Source of the DNA: Candidatus Gottesmanbacteria bacterium
GTDB taxonomy: Bacteria > Patescibacteriota > Microgenomatia > UBA10105 > UBA927
Reading direction: 5' to 3'
Length of the DNA: 64,000 nt
NCBI GenBank assembly: GCA_023245355.1
Contig: JAHFKN010000002.1
Coordinates: 136,460-200,459 of the forward strand
Each line of letters begins with the position of its first letter. Position 1 is the stretch's first letter. The notes beneath the pieces were generated by a model. That model made no database searches. It had not been told where the DNA came from and saw only the letters and a list, made by a program, of their open reading frames with translations. Shown piece after piece: positions 37,261 to 47,529 of the stretch. A program made the translations under genes and the position numbers.

Positions 37261-38760
37261 ATGAGAAAAACTGTCGTCTCATGTGATATACATTACCAAG
37301 TATTGGCGTTACGGACAAGAGGCGATGATGAAGTTATTGATTATTACCGTGTATTTCTTGATAATCAGATCATCATGCCGGAAGAAATACCAGCACAGAC
37401 TGCCGGAGTACCGCCAGCGCCAGTACCAAGCGACGGATCAGTGATTATCCCTCCGGAGCCGGCCGCACTCCCCAAAGAAGAGAAAAAATCATTTTCCGCT
37501 CCTGCAACCGGCGCGATTGTATTCGGTGTGCTTCTTCTGGTGGGTGTGATGGGTTCGTATTTTTTTTATGTCGTCCCGCGTAAAAACGCAGTGCGCCTGG
37601 TCGATCAGTTAAAGCCGCATGTTGCGACTCTTAAATCCGCAACGTCGGAAGTTATTGATAATCTCAACAGAATATATACATTAGCGACAGAACAGGAAAA
37701 AGCGGATCCGAAACAGAATTTACAAACCCGGGGATTGCTGATCCGTCCCGATGTGGCAAGTTTGGCAAACAGCGCTGCTATTTTGGGTTCTTCCATCGAA
37801 ACAGGACAAAAGGCAATTGTTGAACGCGGTCTTCGTGAGGTTGCTAAAAGCATGCGGGGATCAATGCGTACGGTTATTCAGCCGCAGTCGGACGTGCTTG
37901 GTGTTACTGAGCCGGCAGAAGATCCCAGCATGCAGACGTTCCGTTCACTGAAAGCCGAGACGGTGAAAGCCGGGGAATCGGTCAGGAAAGCAGAGGCTTC
38001 ACTTACACAACTCGTGAGCATTACCCAGTCGCTGCCATCTTTGTCGGCTGATGCGAAAGGGAAAATTACCAGCAGCGGCACGCTTAAAATTTCCGCAAAC
38101 GGGTATTTGTCCGAAGCGAAAAAAATTGCGGAGTACTATCAGACACTCAGTGACATCGTGATCGAAATGAATACAAAAATCACCTCGTTTAAGTCTGCGT
38201 TATCGTCGGCCGGAACCGGATTCGGTGCAGTATTGCAGTCCGGAAACTCGGTGACAGCGAAAACGACGCTTGCGCAGGTGCAGGTATTTCTGGATCAGGG
38301 AAATAAAGACATGCAGGACATGAAAAAACTTTCCGAAAAGCTGACTGGTATGCCGAATGAATTGTTACCGATGGCCTCCGCGGAATATCACGCGCATAAT
38401 ATTAAGGTATTGCAGGCGGCTACGACATATTTTACCGCCCAGTCCGGCATATTGCAGGTGTTGGTTTCGGGAGCCAAAACAATCGTGGAAAAAGCCGAGC
38501 AGAATACTCTGGCATCATCTGATCTGATAACATTCCGAAGCCAGCTGGCAACGGGAGTATCCCAGTCAGCCCTTTCCGATGCGAAATTTGCCTCCGATCT
38601 GCAGACGCTGCAGGGAGAAGAAGGGTCGCTTACGATTTCTTTTTGGCAGAATAATACACGGTTAGGAGACGGCGCCAAGGTTGCGGAAGCAGTGGGTGCG
38701 TATCAGACATCGCTTGAAAAACTCCGCAAGGATAATGTGATCAACGGCCTGGTTCGATAA
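37261..38760 (+). CDS. hypothetical secreted/membrane-anchored protein
   Basis: Pro-rich N-terminal region, a single TM helix, then a long Ala/Ser/Thr-rich helical domain. The true start may be internal. Confidence 0.5.
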   Translation: MRKTVVSCDIHYQVLALRTRGDDEVIDYYRVFLDNQIIMPEEIPAQTAGVPPAPVPSDGSVIIPPEPAALPKEEKKSFSAPATGAIVFGVLLLVGVMGSYFFYVVPRKNAVRLVDQLKPHVATLKSATSEVIDNLNRIYTLATEQEKADPKQNLQTRGLLIRPDVASLANSAAILGSSIETGQKAIVERGLREVAKSMRGSMRTVIQPQSDVLGVTEPAEDPSMQTFRSLKAETVKAGESVRKAEASLTQLVSITQSLPSLSADAKGKITSSGTLKISANGYLSEAKKIAEYYQTLSDIVIEMNTKITSFKSALSSAGTGFGAVLQSGNSVTAKTTLAQVQVFLDQGNKDMQDMKKLSEKLTGMPNELLPMASAEYHAHNIKVLQAATTYFTAQSGILQVLVSGAKTIVEKAEQNTLASSDLITFRSQLATGVSQSALSDAKFASDLQTLQGEEGSLTISFWQNNTRLGDGAKVAEAVGAYQTSLEKLRKDNVINGLVR

Positions 38761-39100
38761 CAGTCCGCACGGTCACAAACGAAAGAGTTGTCATACCCGA
38801 GTTTTTCACACTGTGAGCCTGACCCGCGGGTATGGTAACAAAGCTTCCTGTGTCAACCGGCATCCATGTGTCACCTACAAGGATTTGCCCGGTACCTTCA
38901 AGAAACAGATAAAATTCTTCCCCGTCCGTGTGGGTGTGTATGGTGAGCTGTTTGTCCGGTTCAAGCCACGCGTAATTCATGGTCGCGATGGTTCCTTTGT
39001 GTTTTTCTTCTGTGGTAATCAGGCGTTTCTGGTGCGTGGTGCCCTGATGTGTTATTTCTGTCCGGATAGCCGCAAGATGCTTAAGTACAGAAGGTTTCAT
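38741..39100 (-). CDS. cupin domain protein
   Basis: HTHTDGEEFYLFLEGTG...IPAGQAHSVKN cupin motifs 1 and 2. Confidence 0.7.
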   Translation of the reverse strand: MKPSVLKHLAAIRTEITHQGTTHQKRLITTEEKHKGTIATMNYAWLEPDKQLTIHTHTDGEEFYLFLEGTGQILVGDTWMPVDTGSFVTIPAGQAHSVKNSGMTTLSFVTVRTVIEPGR

Positions 39101-39213
39101 ATATGTATCGTGCAGTATATCAAATATGTCTCATACCGGTCAGGCGGTTGCAAAAACAGAGCGGTATCGGGCGCTTGAAGTAGCCGGCACAGATCAATAG
39201 AATGAGGTAGTAC

Positions 39214-40707
39214 ATGCCGCTGAATCGAAACATACTGCTTCTTTTGTTGTTGCTTCTTTTGTCGGCGGGCGTTGTTACATTGCGGCAGGCGGATGGATTG
39301 AAAGGGATCCCGGCGTGCAAAGGATGTAATGTTATTGTTATATCGCTGGATCAGGTGAGGGCAAAAAGCCTGCCGTGTTTTGGGTATGCTCAGAATACTG
39401 CGCCGAATTTGTGTCGGCTTGCCGCGAAGTCCCACGTATTTACCAATGCCTATGCAACGGCATCACGGACGCTTGATAGTCATTTTTCCATGGTGACGTC
39501 GTTATATCCCGGCACGCATACCATGACGCTGCCGTATTCGAGTAAGTTACCCGCTGATGTCCCCACCATTGCAGCACGTATGAAACAAGAAGGATACATG
39601 ACGTATTTTTTCGGACCGGATTGGGATCCGCATTTGCCGCTTACGAGGGGATTGGAACGGGGGTTCGATAAGACGTTTGCCGCAGATGATCCGAAGCGCT
39701 GGATAGAGGCGATGGATTCTCTCGCAACGCTTTCGGGATCACTGAAACAACCGGCGTTCTTTTTTATGCATACCTATATGGCGCATGAGCCCTATATACC
39801 TGAGCCGGAAGACTTGAAATTGTTTTATGACGGGCCGGATAGGAAACAGATGAACTATGAAGAATTATGCGCGTTTACCTATACACGGCTTACGAGTATT
39901 CATCCGGAGCTGGCCGTTTCCCCGGCAATTCCCATGTATTGTGACAAATTAACGGCATACCAAGAGAAAAATTCCGGGAGTTTTAATGATTTCAATGATA
40001 TTTATACCGTGTTTAACGATAAGTATTGGCATCAGTTTGACGATATGCCCAAAGCAGAAAAAGCCAGGTATACGCATGCGCTGTATATAGCGCAGATTCA
40101 TGAGCTGGATACGGAGTTAGGGAAATTTTTTACGTATCTTGAGCAGAAAAAATTGATGGATAACACAATGATTATCATCGTCGGGGATCAGGGTGATGAA
40201 TTTTTTGAGCATGATTCATATTCACACGCGTGGAGCATGTATAACGAAGTGCTGCATGTGCCGTATATCGTCTACGTGCCGGGGACTGCGGCGAGCCGCT
40301 CAGATAAGCTGGTATCCCTCGTGGATATTATGCCGACCGTATTTCAGGTGCTCCGTAAAAACCTTTCCGTTCAGGTTGCCGGTATCGGCGTATTTTCTTC
40401 TACAAAGCACCGCATGATTATTGCGGAGCACGTGAGCGACGGGGCGCTTGCTCTCCGGACGGACGCATATACATTAATCCGGCGCATTGCAGGGGAGTCG
40501 GTCAAGATAGAATTGTTTGATATCAGAAATGATCCGGGGGAACAAATAAATATCAGCAAGGATAACGATACCGTCGTTGAGTCGATGCTTCGTGAATATA
40601 AGGAATTGAAAAAAAGTTTTCCTGCCTATTCAAATACAGCAGACCCGCTTCCTACATGGCTCAAAGAAGAAGACAAAAAACGACTGTTGGAAAGCGGGTA
40701 TTTTTAG
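39214..40707 (+). CDS. sulfatase-like hydrolase/transferase (alkaline phosphatase superfamily)
   Basis: N-terminal signal/TM, then NVIVISLDQVRAKSLPCFGY...TNAYATASRTLDSH... and a conserved C-terminal IIIVGDQGDEF block. Confidence 0.65.
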   Translation: MPLNRNILLLLLLLLLSAGVVTLRQADGLKGIPACKGCNVIVISLDQVRAKSLPCFGYAQNTAPNLCRLAAKSHVFTNAYATASRTLDSHFSMVTSLYPGTHTMTLPYSSKLPADVPTIAARMKQEGYMTYFFGPDWDPHLPLTRGLERGFDKTFAADDPKRWIEAMDSLATLSGSLKQPAFFFMHTYMAHEPYIPEPEDLKLFYDGPDRKQMNYEELCAFTYTRLTSIHPELAVSPAIPMYCDKLTAYQEKNSGSFNDFNDIYTVFNDKYWHQFDDMPKAEKARYTHALYIAQIHELDTELGKFFTYLEQKKLMDNTMIIIVGDQGDEFFEHDSYSHAWSMYNEVLHVPYIVYVPGTAASRSDKLVSLVDIMPTVFQVLRKNLSVQVAGIGVFSSTKHRMIIAEHVSDGALALRTDAYTLIRRIAGESVKIELFDIRNDPGEQINISKDNDTVVESMLREYKELKKSFPAYSNTADPLPTWLKEEDKKRLLESGYF

Positions 40708-40722
40708 GTAGTTCTGCCTGTA

Positions 40723-42681
40723 TCAGTATTCCCAATACGGATAAAGCGCAGACATAGCTGACGGTGTAGTTATCGTTACATCTCCGACGGAAAGCGCCGC
40801 ATCATTGTCGCGGAATATATTTTTCCGTATGCGGACCAAAGAAGGATGTGCGGGATCGAGGGAAAGCGCGACACGATTCCGGTTCAGCGTATTGGATATG
40901 ATCATCGTATTATCGTGCCGTGTGGCGTTGGCCTGTGTGTCGGTGTCAGCTTCTTCCGGCGCCCCCTGAAGTTCAATACCAATGTCGGATTCTCCTGCAA
41001 AATTATGTATGAATGCGTTATTGATAGTGGGCAGCTGGCGCGTAAACGCGAGAATTGCAGGGCCGCTGTTTTTGGAGGATGTATTGTCCGCAACACGGAT
41101 GCCGCTTGCGTTGCTGATAAATATACCCATCGCGTATCCGGGTTTTCCTGTCGTCGCTTCGTGACAAAATGACCAGCCGAGATTATCGCTCACGGTATTG
41201 TGGTGTATGGCAGTATTTACAAACGACCCGCCGAATATTTTTATGGCCGCACACCCGGACGCATTCTGACACGCGTGTGTCACCGTATTTCCGGCGATTG
41301 AGATATGCTTTGAAGCCGTATTTGTTTTTTCGTACCCGGTTATATGTATGCCGTAACTGGCTACGTCGGACACTGAATTATGTTCTATGCGGATTCGGCT
41401 TGCCCTGCTGATGAATATTGCGGGTTCGTTAAACGGAAAACCGGATGTTGTAATGGACGACCGGACAATCCGGATATCCGATACGGTGTCCACGCCTGTA
41501 GGCGCGCCGATAAACGATATCGGCGATTTGGAAATACCGGATAGATCCGCATGGTCAACTACTACATGCCGGAGCAGGCCGTCATTTTGCATAGTTGCCC
41601 GGATGCCGTCTCCCGAAGATGATATGTGCATATTGAGCAGCCGGATTGCTTCAAGATGACGGTTCGGCGCAAAGACGACTGCGCCGGTTACCGTATTAAA
41701 ATAATCGTGATCATTTATTGCAGTAACCGCAATGCCGTCGAGTTCGACGGCAGATCTGCTAAGAAGTATGCCTATATTCCGTTTTCCTATCTCGATAGGG
41801 AGTCCTTTCGGATTTTCCGGTTCAAGCGGCCACAGATACAGCGCGTGAGTTGTGCTGTCATAAAAGTACTCCCCGGGTGTGTCCAAAAGACCCAGTGCAT
41901 TGTCGACAATATATTTGGAATATCCGCTGCTGCCTGTTTCCTGACGTCCGTAGGTGAGCGCGCCGATCGGTTCATCCATGGTAAGCGTTCCGTGTATGGA
42001 ATCGTGTGCGGTTACGGTTCTGGCATATAAAAAGGTTCCGCAGCGCTGTGCGCCGTCTAGTATAAGCGCCCTGCCGCCTTTCATGTCGGGGGCGCCGATT
42101 AGATGAGTGCGGTCAGCAAGATCGGATTGTGTGGGTCCTTCTCCGGTTGCCTGCCACCAGAATTCATGAAATTTATCCGGGTTTTCCACCTGTACGTTCG
42201 GACTCCGTGCCCGGGTGAGTGATTGTTGTGAGCCGTCTTTCAACGTTTCATTTATGATGGTAGGAGATTCATCCCAGGGAAGAGAGGCTACGAATACATG
42301 GTGTCTGACCGGTTCCGGCAGACCGGGACATGTTGATGCGCTGCATGCCACCCACTCCAAGAGTGATGATGGTTCCGCGCCTGTAAGTACTACCTGCTCA
42401 TTCCCTTTGGTTTCCGCCTGCAGCCGGAGCGTCCGGCCGGTTCCCGCGGAGGGTGATATGTGCAGTGTTTCTCTGTAGATGCCCGGCAAAATATGCACCG
42501 TGCCGCCGTTTCCGGCCAACCGGATGCCCTGCTGTATGGATTGAACGGGATGCGACCGTGTACCGGTTTCGGTGTCGTTTCCTTTCGGTGAGACGAACAC
42601 GTGGGGTTGCCCGGGCATGAGAAGCAGGATGCTGATACTAACGGCAAAAAGGATTGCTATTCCGGTTCGTCTCGTGATCAT
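40723..42681 (-). CDS. secreted right-handed parallel beta-helix repeat protein
   Basis: Signal peptide and many repeats of the form NxxxxNxVxxN/GIxI, pectate-lyase-like. Confidence 0.6.
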   Translation of the reverse strand: MITRRTGIAILFAVSISILLLMPGQPHVFVSPKGNDTETGTRSHPVQSIQQGIRLAGNGGTVHILPGIYRETLHISPSAGTGRTLRLQAETKGNEQVVLTGAEPSSLLEWVACSASTCPGLPEPVRHHVFVASLPWDESPTIINETLKDGSQQSLTRARSPNVQVENPDKFHEFWWQATGEGPTQSDLADRTHLIGAPDMKGGRALILDGAQRCGTFLYARTVTAHDSIHGTLTMDEPIGALTYGRQETGSSGYSKYIVDNALGLLDTPGEYFYDSTTHALYLWPLEPENPKGLPIEIGKRNIGILLSRSAVELDGIAVTAINDHDYFNTVTGAVVFAPNRHLEAIRLLNMHISSSGDGIRATMQNDGLLRHVVVDHADLSGISKSPISFIGAPTGVDTVSDIRIVRSSITTSGFPFNEPAIFISRASRIRIEHNSVSDVASYGIHITGYEKTNTASKHISIAGNTVTHACQNASGCAAIKIFGGSFVNTAIHHNTVSDNLGWSFCHEATTGKPGYAMGIFISNASGIRVADNTSSKNSGPAILAFTRQLPTINNAFIHNFAGESDIGIELQGAPEEADTDTQANATRHDNTMIISNTLNRNRVALSLDPAHPSLVRIRKNIFRDNDAALSVGDVTITTPSAMSALYPYWEY

Positions 42682-42817
42682 AACGATACAGTATGAGTAT
42701 ACGGTACCAATGGGTATGATAACATCAGGGTTTCCCTGACCGGTCCGGTACCGTTTATTATCTTAATCTGGTCTTAATGCGGTATTGTATATAGTTTGTC
42801 TAAAGGAGGTACATTCT

Positions 42818-43276
42818 ATGATGGAATTACCAGTTATTAATTTTTCTGAAGCATTCGGAACCAAGCTGGCGGTCGGCCTGCTTACATTTATCACGGCTGC
42901 TACCAGCGGAGTAGCAGGGTACAAAATTGTCAAAACGGTTTCCGCGCAAACACCGCCGAAAGCAGAAGCGGTTGAAGTGCCCAAAGCAGATACGGAAGCT
43001 GAAGCAGAGGGAACCGTAAGTACGGGGGTACAGATAACACCGACACCGACCGCAAAGCCTGCGACGACGCAGGTTTCAGGGTCCCTATCCGTGAAGCCAA
43101 CATCCGGTACCGTTTCCGGCCGGTTATCCATAAGCGGGGATACGGACGAAGATGACGACGATAAGAAAGAGTATGAAATGGAAACAAAAGAGAGCGAAAT
43201 ACAACAGCACGACGAAAGCAAAACGGAGGAGAAGACGGAAACCGAAACGCACGTTGAAGACGGACTCACCCGGTAA
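42818..43276 (+). CDS. hypothetical secreted acidic protein
   Basis: RBS AAAGGAGG 8 nt before ATGATG. N-terminal TM, Thr/Pro-rich linker, acidic DEDDDDKK C-terminus. Confidence 0.5.
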   Translation: MMELPVINFSEAFGTKLAVGLLTFITAATSGVAGYKIVKTVSAQTPPKAEAVEVPKADTEAEAEGTVSTGVQITPTPTAKPATTQVSGSLSVKPTSGTVSGRLSISGDTDEDDDDKKEYEMETKESEIQQHDESKTEEKTETETHVEDGLTR

Positions 43277-43291
43277 ACCCGCAATTACGGT

Positions 43292-43669
43292 ATGAACGAC
43301 GGAAAACTAACGGGTTCCGGGAGTGTATTAGTATCACACAACAAACGGCAACCGCTGGCATTGGGTTTGGGTCTCTGTATCGCACTTGTCGGGCTCGGTT
43401 TGTTTGAGCTGCACACACCGGTGGTGCAGCCGGGAATAAAAACGATGGGCGCCCGGGAGCTGTCCGGGTTTGACGGGACAGATCCGGATAAACCGATTTA
43501 TCTTGCATTAGACGGATTTGTATACGACGTCTCTGCAGGGAAATCTTATTATGTAGCCGGCGGAACATATCATTTTCTCGCCGGCAAAGATTCCTCGGAG
43601 GAGCTGCACATTGCGGGAGCGGGTATTATCAAACGGAAATACCCGGTTATCGCAACGTTTACAAAGTGA
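43292..43669 (+). CDS. cytochrome b5-like heme-binding domain protein
   Basis: ELSGFDGTDPDKPIYLALDGFVYDVSAGKSYYVAGGTYHFLAGKD matches the cyt-b5-like/steroid-binding fold. N-terminal TM. Confidence 0.6.
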   Translation: MNDGKLTGSGSVLVSHNKRQPLALGLGLCIALVGLGLFELHTPVVQPGIKTMGARELSGFDGTDPDKPIYLALDGFVYDVSAGKSYYVAGGTYHFLAGKDSSEELHIAGAGIIKRKYPVIATFTK

Positions 43670-43672
43670 CGT

Positions 43673-44971
43673 ATGAATAAATCTGCCGGCTGGTTTGGTA
43701 TTTGGAGCGTCGTGTTTATTACCGTCAATCTGTATTTTTTTTCCAAAAGTGACGTCTCGGTACTGATGACCCGGCCGTTTCTTTCTTTGGGTCAGGTTAC
43801 CGGGCTTGTGGGCATCATATTGCTTTCCCTCTCATTTATACTCGCTCTCAGAAGTGCGTTTATAGACAAATTATTCGGCGGACTGGATAAATCATATACG
43901 GCGCATCACATGACGGGAGGGATCGGCACAATGCTGACCGTTCTTCACCCCATGTTTTTTGTCCTGCAGTCGCTTCCTAATACACAGTCAGCTCTCCGGT
44001 TTATCGTGCCGGATATTCGTAATCCCGCGTACCTTACCGGAATGATTGCGTTGAGTATTCTCATCGTTCTGATTGTTTTGACACTGTATGTCAGATTGCC
44101 GTATCACATCTGGCGGTCGCTGCATCAATGGATGGGAGCGGTTATGATAAGTTCAGGAATTCATGCGGCGTTAATTTCCAGCGATGTATCCAGATATTTG
44201 CCGCTCCGCATATGGGTTTTAGGATTTTCCGGGGCCGCGCTCCTTGCTGCATTGTATATGCGGTTTATTTACCCGATTCTCAAATTCCGGCACGTATACG
44301 AAGTACTTTCCATTGAAAGGACAGGCGATATGTTTGATATCCGGCTGAAGCCTAAGGGAAGGACGATGAAATTTTTTCCGGGGCAGTTTGCGTTTCTCTC
44401 CGTTCCGGGCGTGTTCGAAAGCGGAAACGGGCATCCGTTCAGTATCGTATCCCATCCTTCGGAGGGCATTCTGCGGTTCGGAATAAAAATATCCGGTGAT
44501 CACACTCTGCGGCTCCGGGAAGTAAAAAAGGGAGACACCGTGTATGTGCAGGGTCCATACGGCAGGTTGGCGGAGCCGTACTTTATCCAAAAGAGCCGGC
44601 CGGTTGTGTGTGTGGCGGGAGGTATCGGAATCACTCCGTTTTTGGGGTTACTGCGTCAGCATGTGGACAGCAAGTCGGAGCAGCCGCTTACCCTCATTTA
44701 CAGTGTCCGGTCCACATCCGAAGCGGTATATCATGATGAAATTCAATCGCTTGCGCTGTGTTCTTCGGCTGTTTGTTACCGTTTGCATGTTACAAAGGCG
44801 GAGGGCAGGATAACTGCGGAAGCTATTACCCGTATTTCTCCGAACGTATTTGCGGCAAACATATTGCTCTGCGGGCCGGAAGCAATGATGATCGGTCTTC
44901 GGGATCAGTTTATGCGCCGCGGAGTCCGCCAGGCGCGCATTCATTACGAAAATTTCGCGTTTATCGGATGA
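43673..44971 (+). CDS. ferric reductase/NADPH-oxidase-like flavocytochrome (FRE/NOX family)
   Basis: Six-TM ferric-reductase domain with paired His, FAD-binding HPFSIVS and NAD-binding GGIGITPF motifs. Confidence 0.75.
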   Translation: MNKSAGWFGIWSVVFITVNLYFFSKSDVSVLMTRPFLSLGQVTGLVGIILLSLSFILALRSAFIDKLFGGLDKSYTAHHMTGGIGTMLTVLHPMFFVLQSLPNTQSALRFIVPDIRNPAYLTGMIALSILIVLIVLTLYVRLPYHIWRSLHQWMGAVMISSGIHAALISSDVSRYLPLRIWVLGFSGAALLAALYMRFIYPILKFRHVYEVLSIERTGDMFDIRLKPKGRTMKFFPGQFAFLSVPGVFESGNGHPFSIVSHPSEGILRFGIKISGDHTLRLREVKKGDTVYVQGPYGRLAEPYFIQKSRPVVCVAGGIGITPFLGLLRQHVDSKSEQPLTLIYSVRSTSEAVYHDEIQSLALCSSAVCYRLHVTKAEGRITAEAITRISPNVFAANILLCGPEAMMIGLRDQFMRRGVRQARIHYENFAFIG

Positions 44972-45399
44972 AACATATTATCAAAACCGGTGTCGCGCTT
45001 TTTGTGGTTCAGTATCTGGTTCTTGCCGGTGTCGTTTTCGGCATCGGAGCGCACGTGCCGGCGGCAGAAGAAACACCGTCGATCCCCACACCGGGCATTT
45101 CGGCGACTCCACGGCCCGCCAAGACGCCGGTTAGAGCTGTAGCCCGGGAAAACACTGCTCCTGCCGGGGAAGCGTCTGCTCCTCCTGTCGAACCGACGGC
45201 AGTTCCCAGCGCCCAGCCGCCCGCTGCTGACACAGGGTGTATTATCACGGTACACGGTACACGGTATAATGTGACCGAGTTCCGTATTCAGCATAGCGGA
45301 GGAGATATATTTACCTGTGGCGCCGATATGACCGCTGTATTTGATTCGCAGCACTCTATGCGCACGCTTCAGAGAATGGCACCTCTCGCTGTAAATTAA
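44968..45399 (+). CDS. secreted Pro/Ala-rich protein with C-terminal cytochrome b5-like domain
   Basis: Signal/TM, PA-rich linker, then CIITVHGTRYNVTEFRIQHSGGDIF (HPGG-like motif). The track ORF from 44758 overlaps the upstream gene and is trimmed. Confidence 0.55.
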   Translation: MKHIIKTGVALFVVQYLVLAGVVFGIGAHVPAAEETPSIPTPGISATPRPAKTPVRAVARENTAPAGEASAPPVEPTAVPSAQPPAADTGCIITVHGTRYNVTEFRIQHSGGDIFTCGADMTAVFDSQHSMRTLQRMAPLAVN

Positions 45400-45404
45400 C
45401 ATTT

Positions 45405-46082
45405 TTGTATATGCGTATTCTTTTAGTCGAGGACGAACAAAAAATAGCGGATAATCTCGTGACTATGCTCAATACCCGGGGGTTTGGTGTGGACCGGGTA
45501 GCCGACATTGCCGGAGGATACCGGAAAGCAGCTGATACGGAGTACGATCTGGTGATTATTGACCGGGGGCTTCCTGACGGAGACGGTGTTGTATTGGTGC
45601 GCCGGCTGCGCGGGGAAGATAATGCAGTGCTCATTCTGCTTCTGACGGCCCGCGGGCAGGCAGAAGACGTCGTCGAAGGGTTAAATGCGGGGGCGGATGA
45701 TTATCTAATCAAGCCGTTTCGGTTTTCTGAACTGGATGCCAGAATCCGTGCATTACTGCGGCGGGTAACACCCTCCCCCGTGCAGCCGGTTATTGTTCTT
45801 GCGGATCTTACCATCGATACAAACAGCAGGACTGTCCGGCGGCGGAATACGTCTATTCCGTTGGCTCCGAAAGAATATGCGCTGCTGGAGTATCTGGCGC
45901 GGAACAAGGGGGTGGCAATGGAGCGCATGAATATACTGGAACATGTATGGAATGAACATACTGATGAATTTTCGCAGACTGTTGACGTGCACATCCGGTA
46001 TTTGCGGAAAAAAATCGATGACACATACAAAAAAAAGCTTATCCGTACCGTGAAAGGCAAAGGATATATGCTATGCGAATGA
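45405..46082 (+). CDS. OmpR-family response regulator
   Basis: Receiver domain (LLVEDE...D...LPDGDG) plus winged-helix trans_reg_C domain. Confidence 0.85.
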   Translation: MYMRILLVEDEQKIADNLVTMLNTRGFGVDRVADIAGGYRKAADTEYDLVIIDRGLPDGDGVVLVRRLRGEDNAVLILLLTARGQAEDVVEGLNAGADDYLIKPFRFSELDARIRALLRRVTPSPVQPVIVLADLTIDTNSRTVRRRNTSIPLAPKEYALLEYLARNKGVAMERMNILEHVWNEHTDEFSQTVDVHIRYLRKKIDDTYKKKLIRTVKGKGYMLCE

Positions 46083-47479
46083 CATTAAGACAGCAAACCG
46101 TCATCGGGTTAAGCATCGGGTTTGCCGTAGTCCAGATCATGACGGCGCTGATTTTGGCCAGGCTTTCCTACACGCTGACGGAACGGGATGTCCGGGCATA
46201 TCTGACCCGTGAGGCGCAGGATCTTGTGCGCACGCAGTTCCTTATAACAAATCAGACACTGACGTTCCGGCAGGACAGCGAAGGAAATACGGTGACGGAC
46301 CGGTTAAGAAAACGCGGATTTTCGGTACTTGTCGTGAACCCCGACGGCACGGCAAAAAATGTGTTCGGTATTTACCGGACGTTTATTACCGAAGGTGAAG
46401 ACGCACGCGGTGTAGCCGGAATCCGGGAGGTGACTGAACGCGTATCGGACGGATATTCCCACCTCACACTGCCGACGCATGAGCAATTCGAAACATATAC
46501 ATTTCCCCTTGTGTCTTCGGGTAAAACAGTCGGGTTCGTACAGGTAGCACGGGAAGAGCGGTCGCTGTCTGATATGGTGAGCAGTTCCTCTCTCATTATG
46601 CTCGCGCTTATTCCGTTGTCTATACTTTTCGGAGTGTTTTTGTCGCTTTGGATTGTGCGCAGGGCACTGTCTCCTCTTGAGCGGCTCACCCATGCCGTGC
46701 GGCGTATTCCCGACGGGGTATTTCCGGAACATATTCCGGCAATTTCAGATACGTCGCCGGAGTATACGATTCTGGCCACAGTGATTAACAGACTGTTGTC
46801 GTCACTGACGGCAATATTTGCGCGTCACAAGGAATTTATCGGAAACGTTGCGCATGAATTGCGCACGCCGCTTACGAAAGCGATCACGGCTGTTGATGTG
46901 ATGCTCATGAAAGATACGTCCATGTCTTCGGCGAGTAAGTCGGCGTTGCAGTCAATACAGGATGATTTGTTCGGCATAAGTGCTTCGATAGACGGTCTCA
47001 TGTCCGTATCGCGGCTCTATGAAGCAGATCAGTCAGGAATGATGGAAACGGATGTTTCCGTTCTCGTAACGCATATTATGAACGTGCACGATGACGCGAT
47101 TTCAAAAAAACACATTCATATACGGGTTGATGCCGCACATACGGAGATGCTGCCGATGCCGCCGGCAATTGCAATGTCGCTTCTGGGAAATATTATCGGG
47201 AACGCCATAAAATATTCACATGACAATGGCGAAATACTCATACGCGCCCGGTCAACCAAACAGGAAATGCATATAGAGGTTTCCGATGCCGGAATCGGCA
47301 TGTCCGACGAAGTCCGTCAGAGGATATTTGACCGGAGATACCGCGGAACCGCGTCATCTCACGGATATGGTGTGGGCATGGCACTGGTCCGGCGTATCGC
47401 GGATATGTGGCATATAGGAGTAACGGTACAAAGCCATGAGGGAAAAGGTACTACGGTTATGCTTGCCATAAAAAAGTAG
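46073..47479 (+). CDS. sensor histidine kinase
   Basis: Two TM helices, H-box AHELRTPL, N-box LLGNIIGNAIKYS, G-boxes DAGIGM and GYGVGMALV. Confidence 0.8.
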   Translation: MRMTLRQQTVIGLSIGFAVVQIMTALILARLSYTLTERDVRAYLTREAQDLVRTQFLITNQTLTFRQDSEGNTVTDRLRKRGFSVLVVNPDGTAKNVFGIYRTFITEGEDARGVAGIREVTERVSDGYSHLTLPTHEQFETYTFPLVSSGKTVGFVQVAREERSLSDMVSSSSLIMLALIPLSILFGVFLSLWIVRRALSPLERLTHAVRRIPDGVFPEHIPAISDTSPEYTILATVINRLLSSLTAIFARHKEFIGNVAHELRTPLTKAITAVDVMLMKDTSMSSASKSALQSIQDDLFGISASIDGLMSVSRLYEADQSGMMETDVSVLVTHIMNVHDDAISKKHIHIRVDAAHTEMLPMPPAIAMSLLGNIIGNAIKYSHDNGEILIRARSTKQEMHIEVSDAGIGMSDEVRQRIFDRRYRGTASSHGYGVGMALVRRIADMWHIGVTVQSHEGKGTTVMLAIKK

Positions 47480-47529
47480 GGGATGCCCTGCGTGCCACAA
47501 TCCGGCCGCATGGGGTATACTGGATTCAT

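Noticed and set aside
44758-44967. N-terminal extension of ORF 44758-45399
   Set aside because: It overlaps the FRE/NOX gene in another frame. A signal-peptide-like start MKHIIKTGVALFVV at 44968 is far more plausible.
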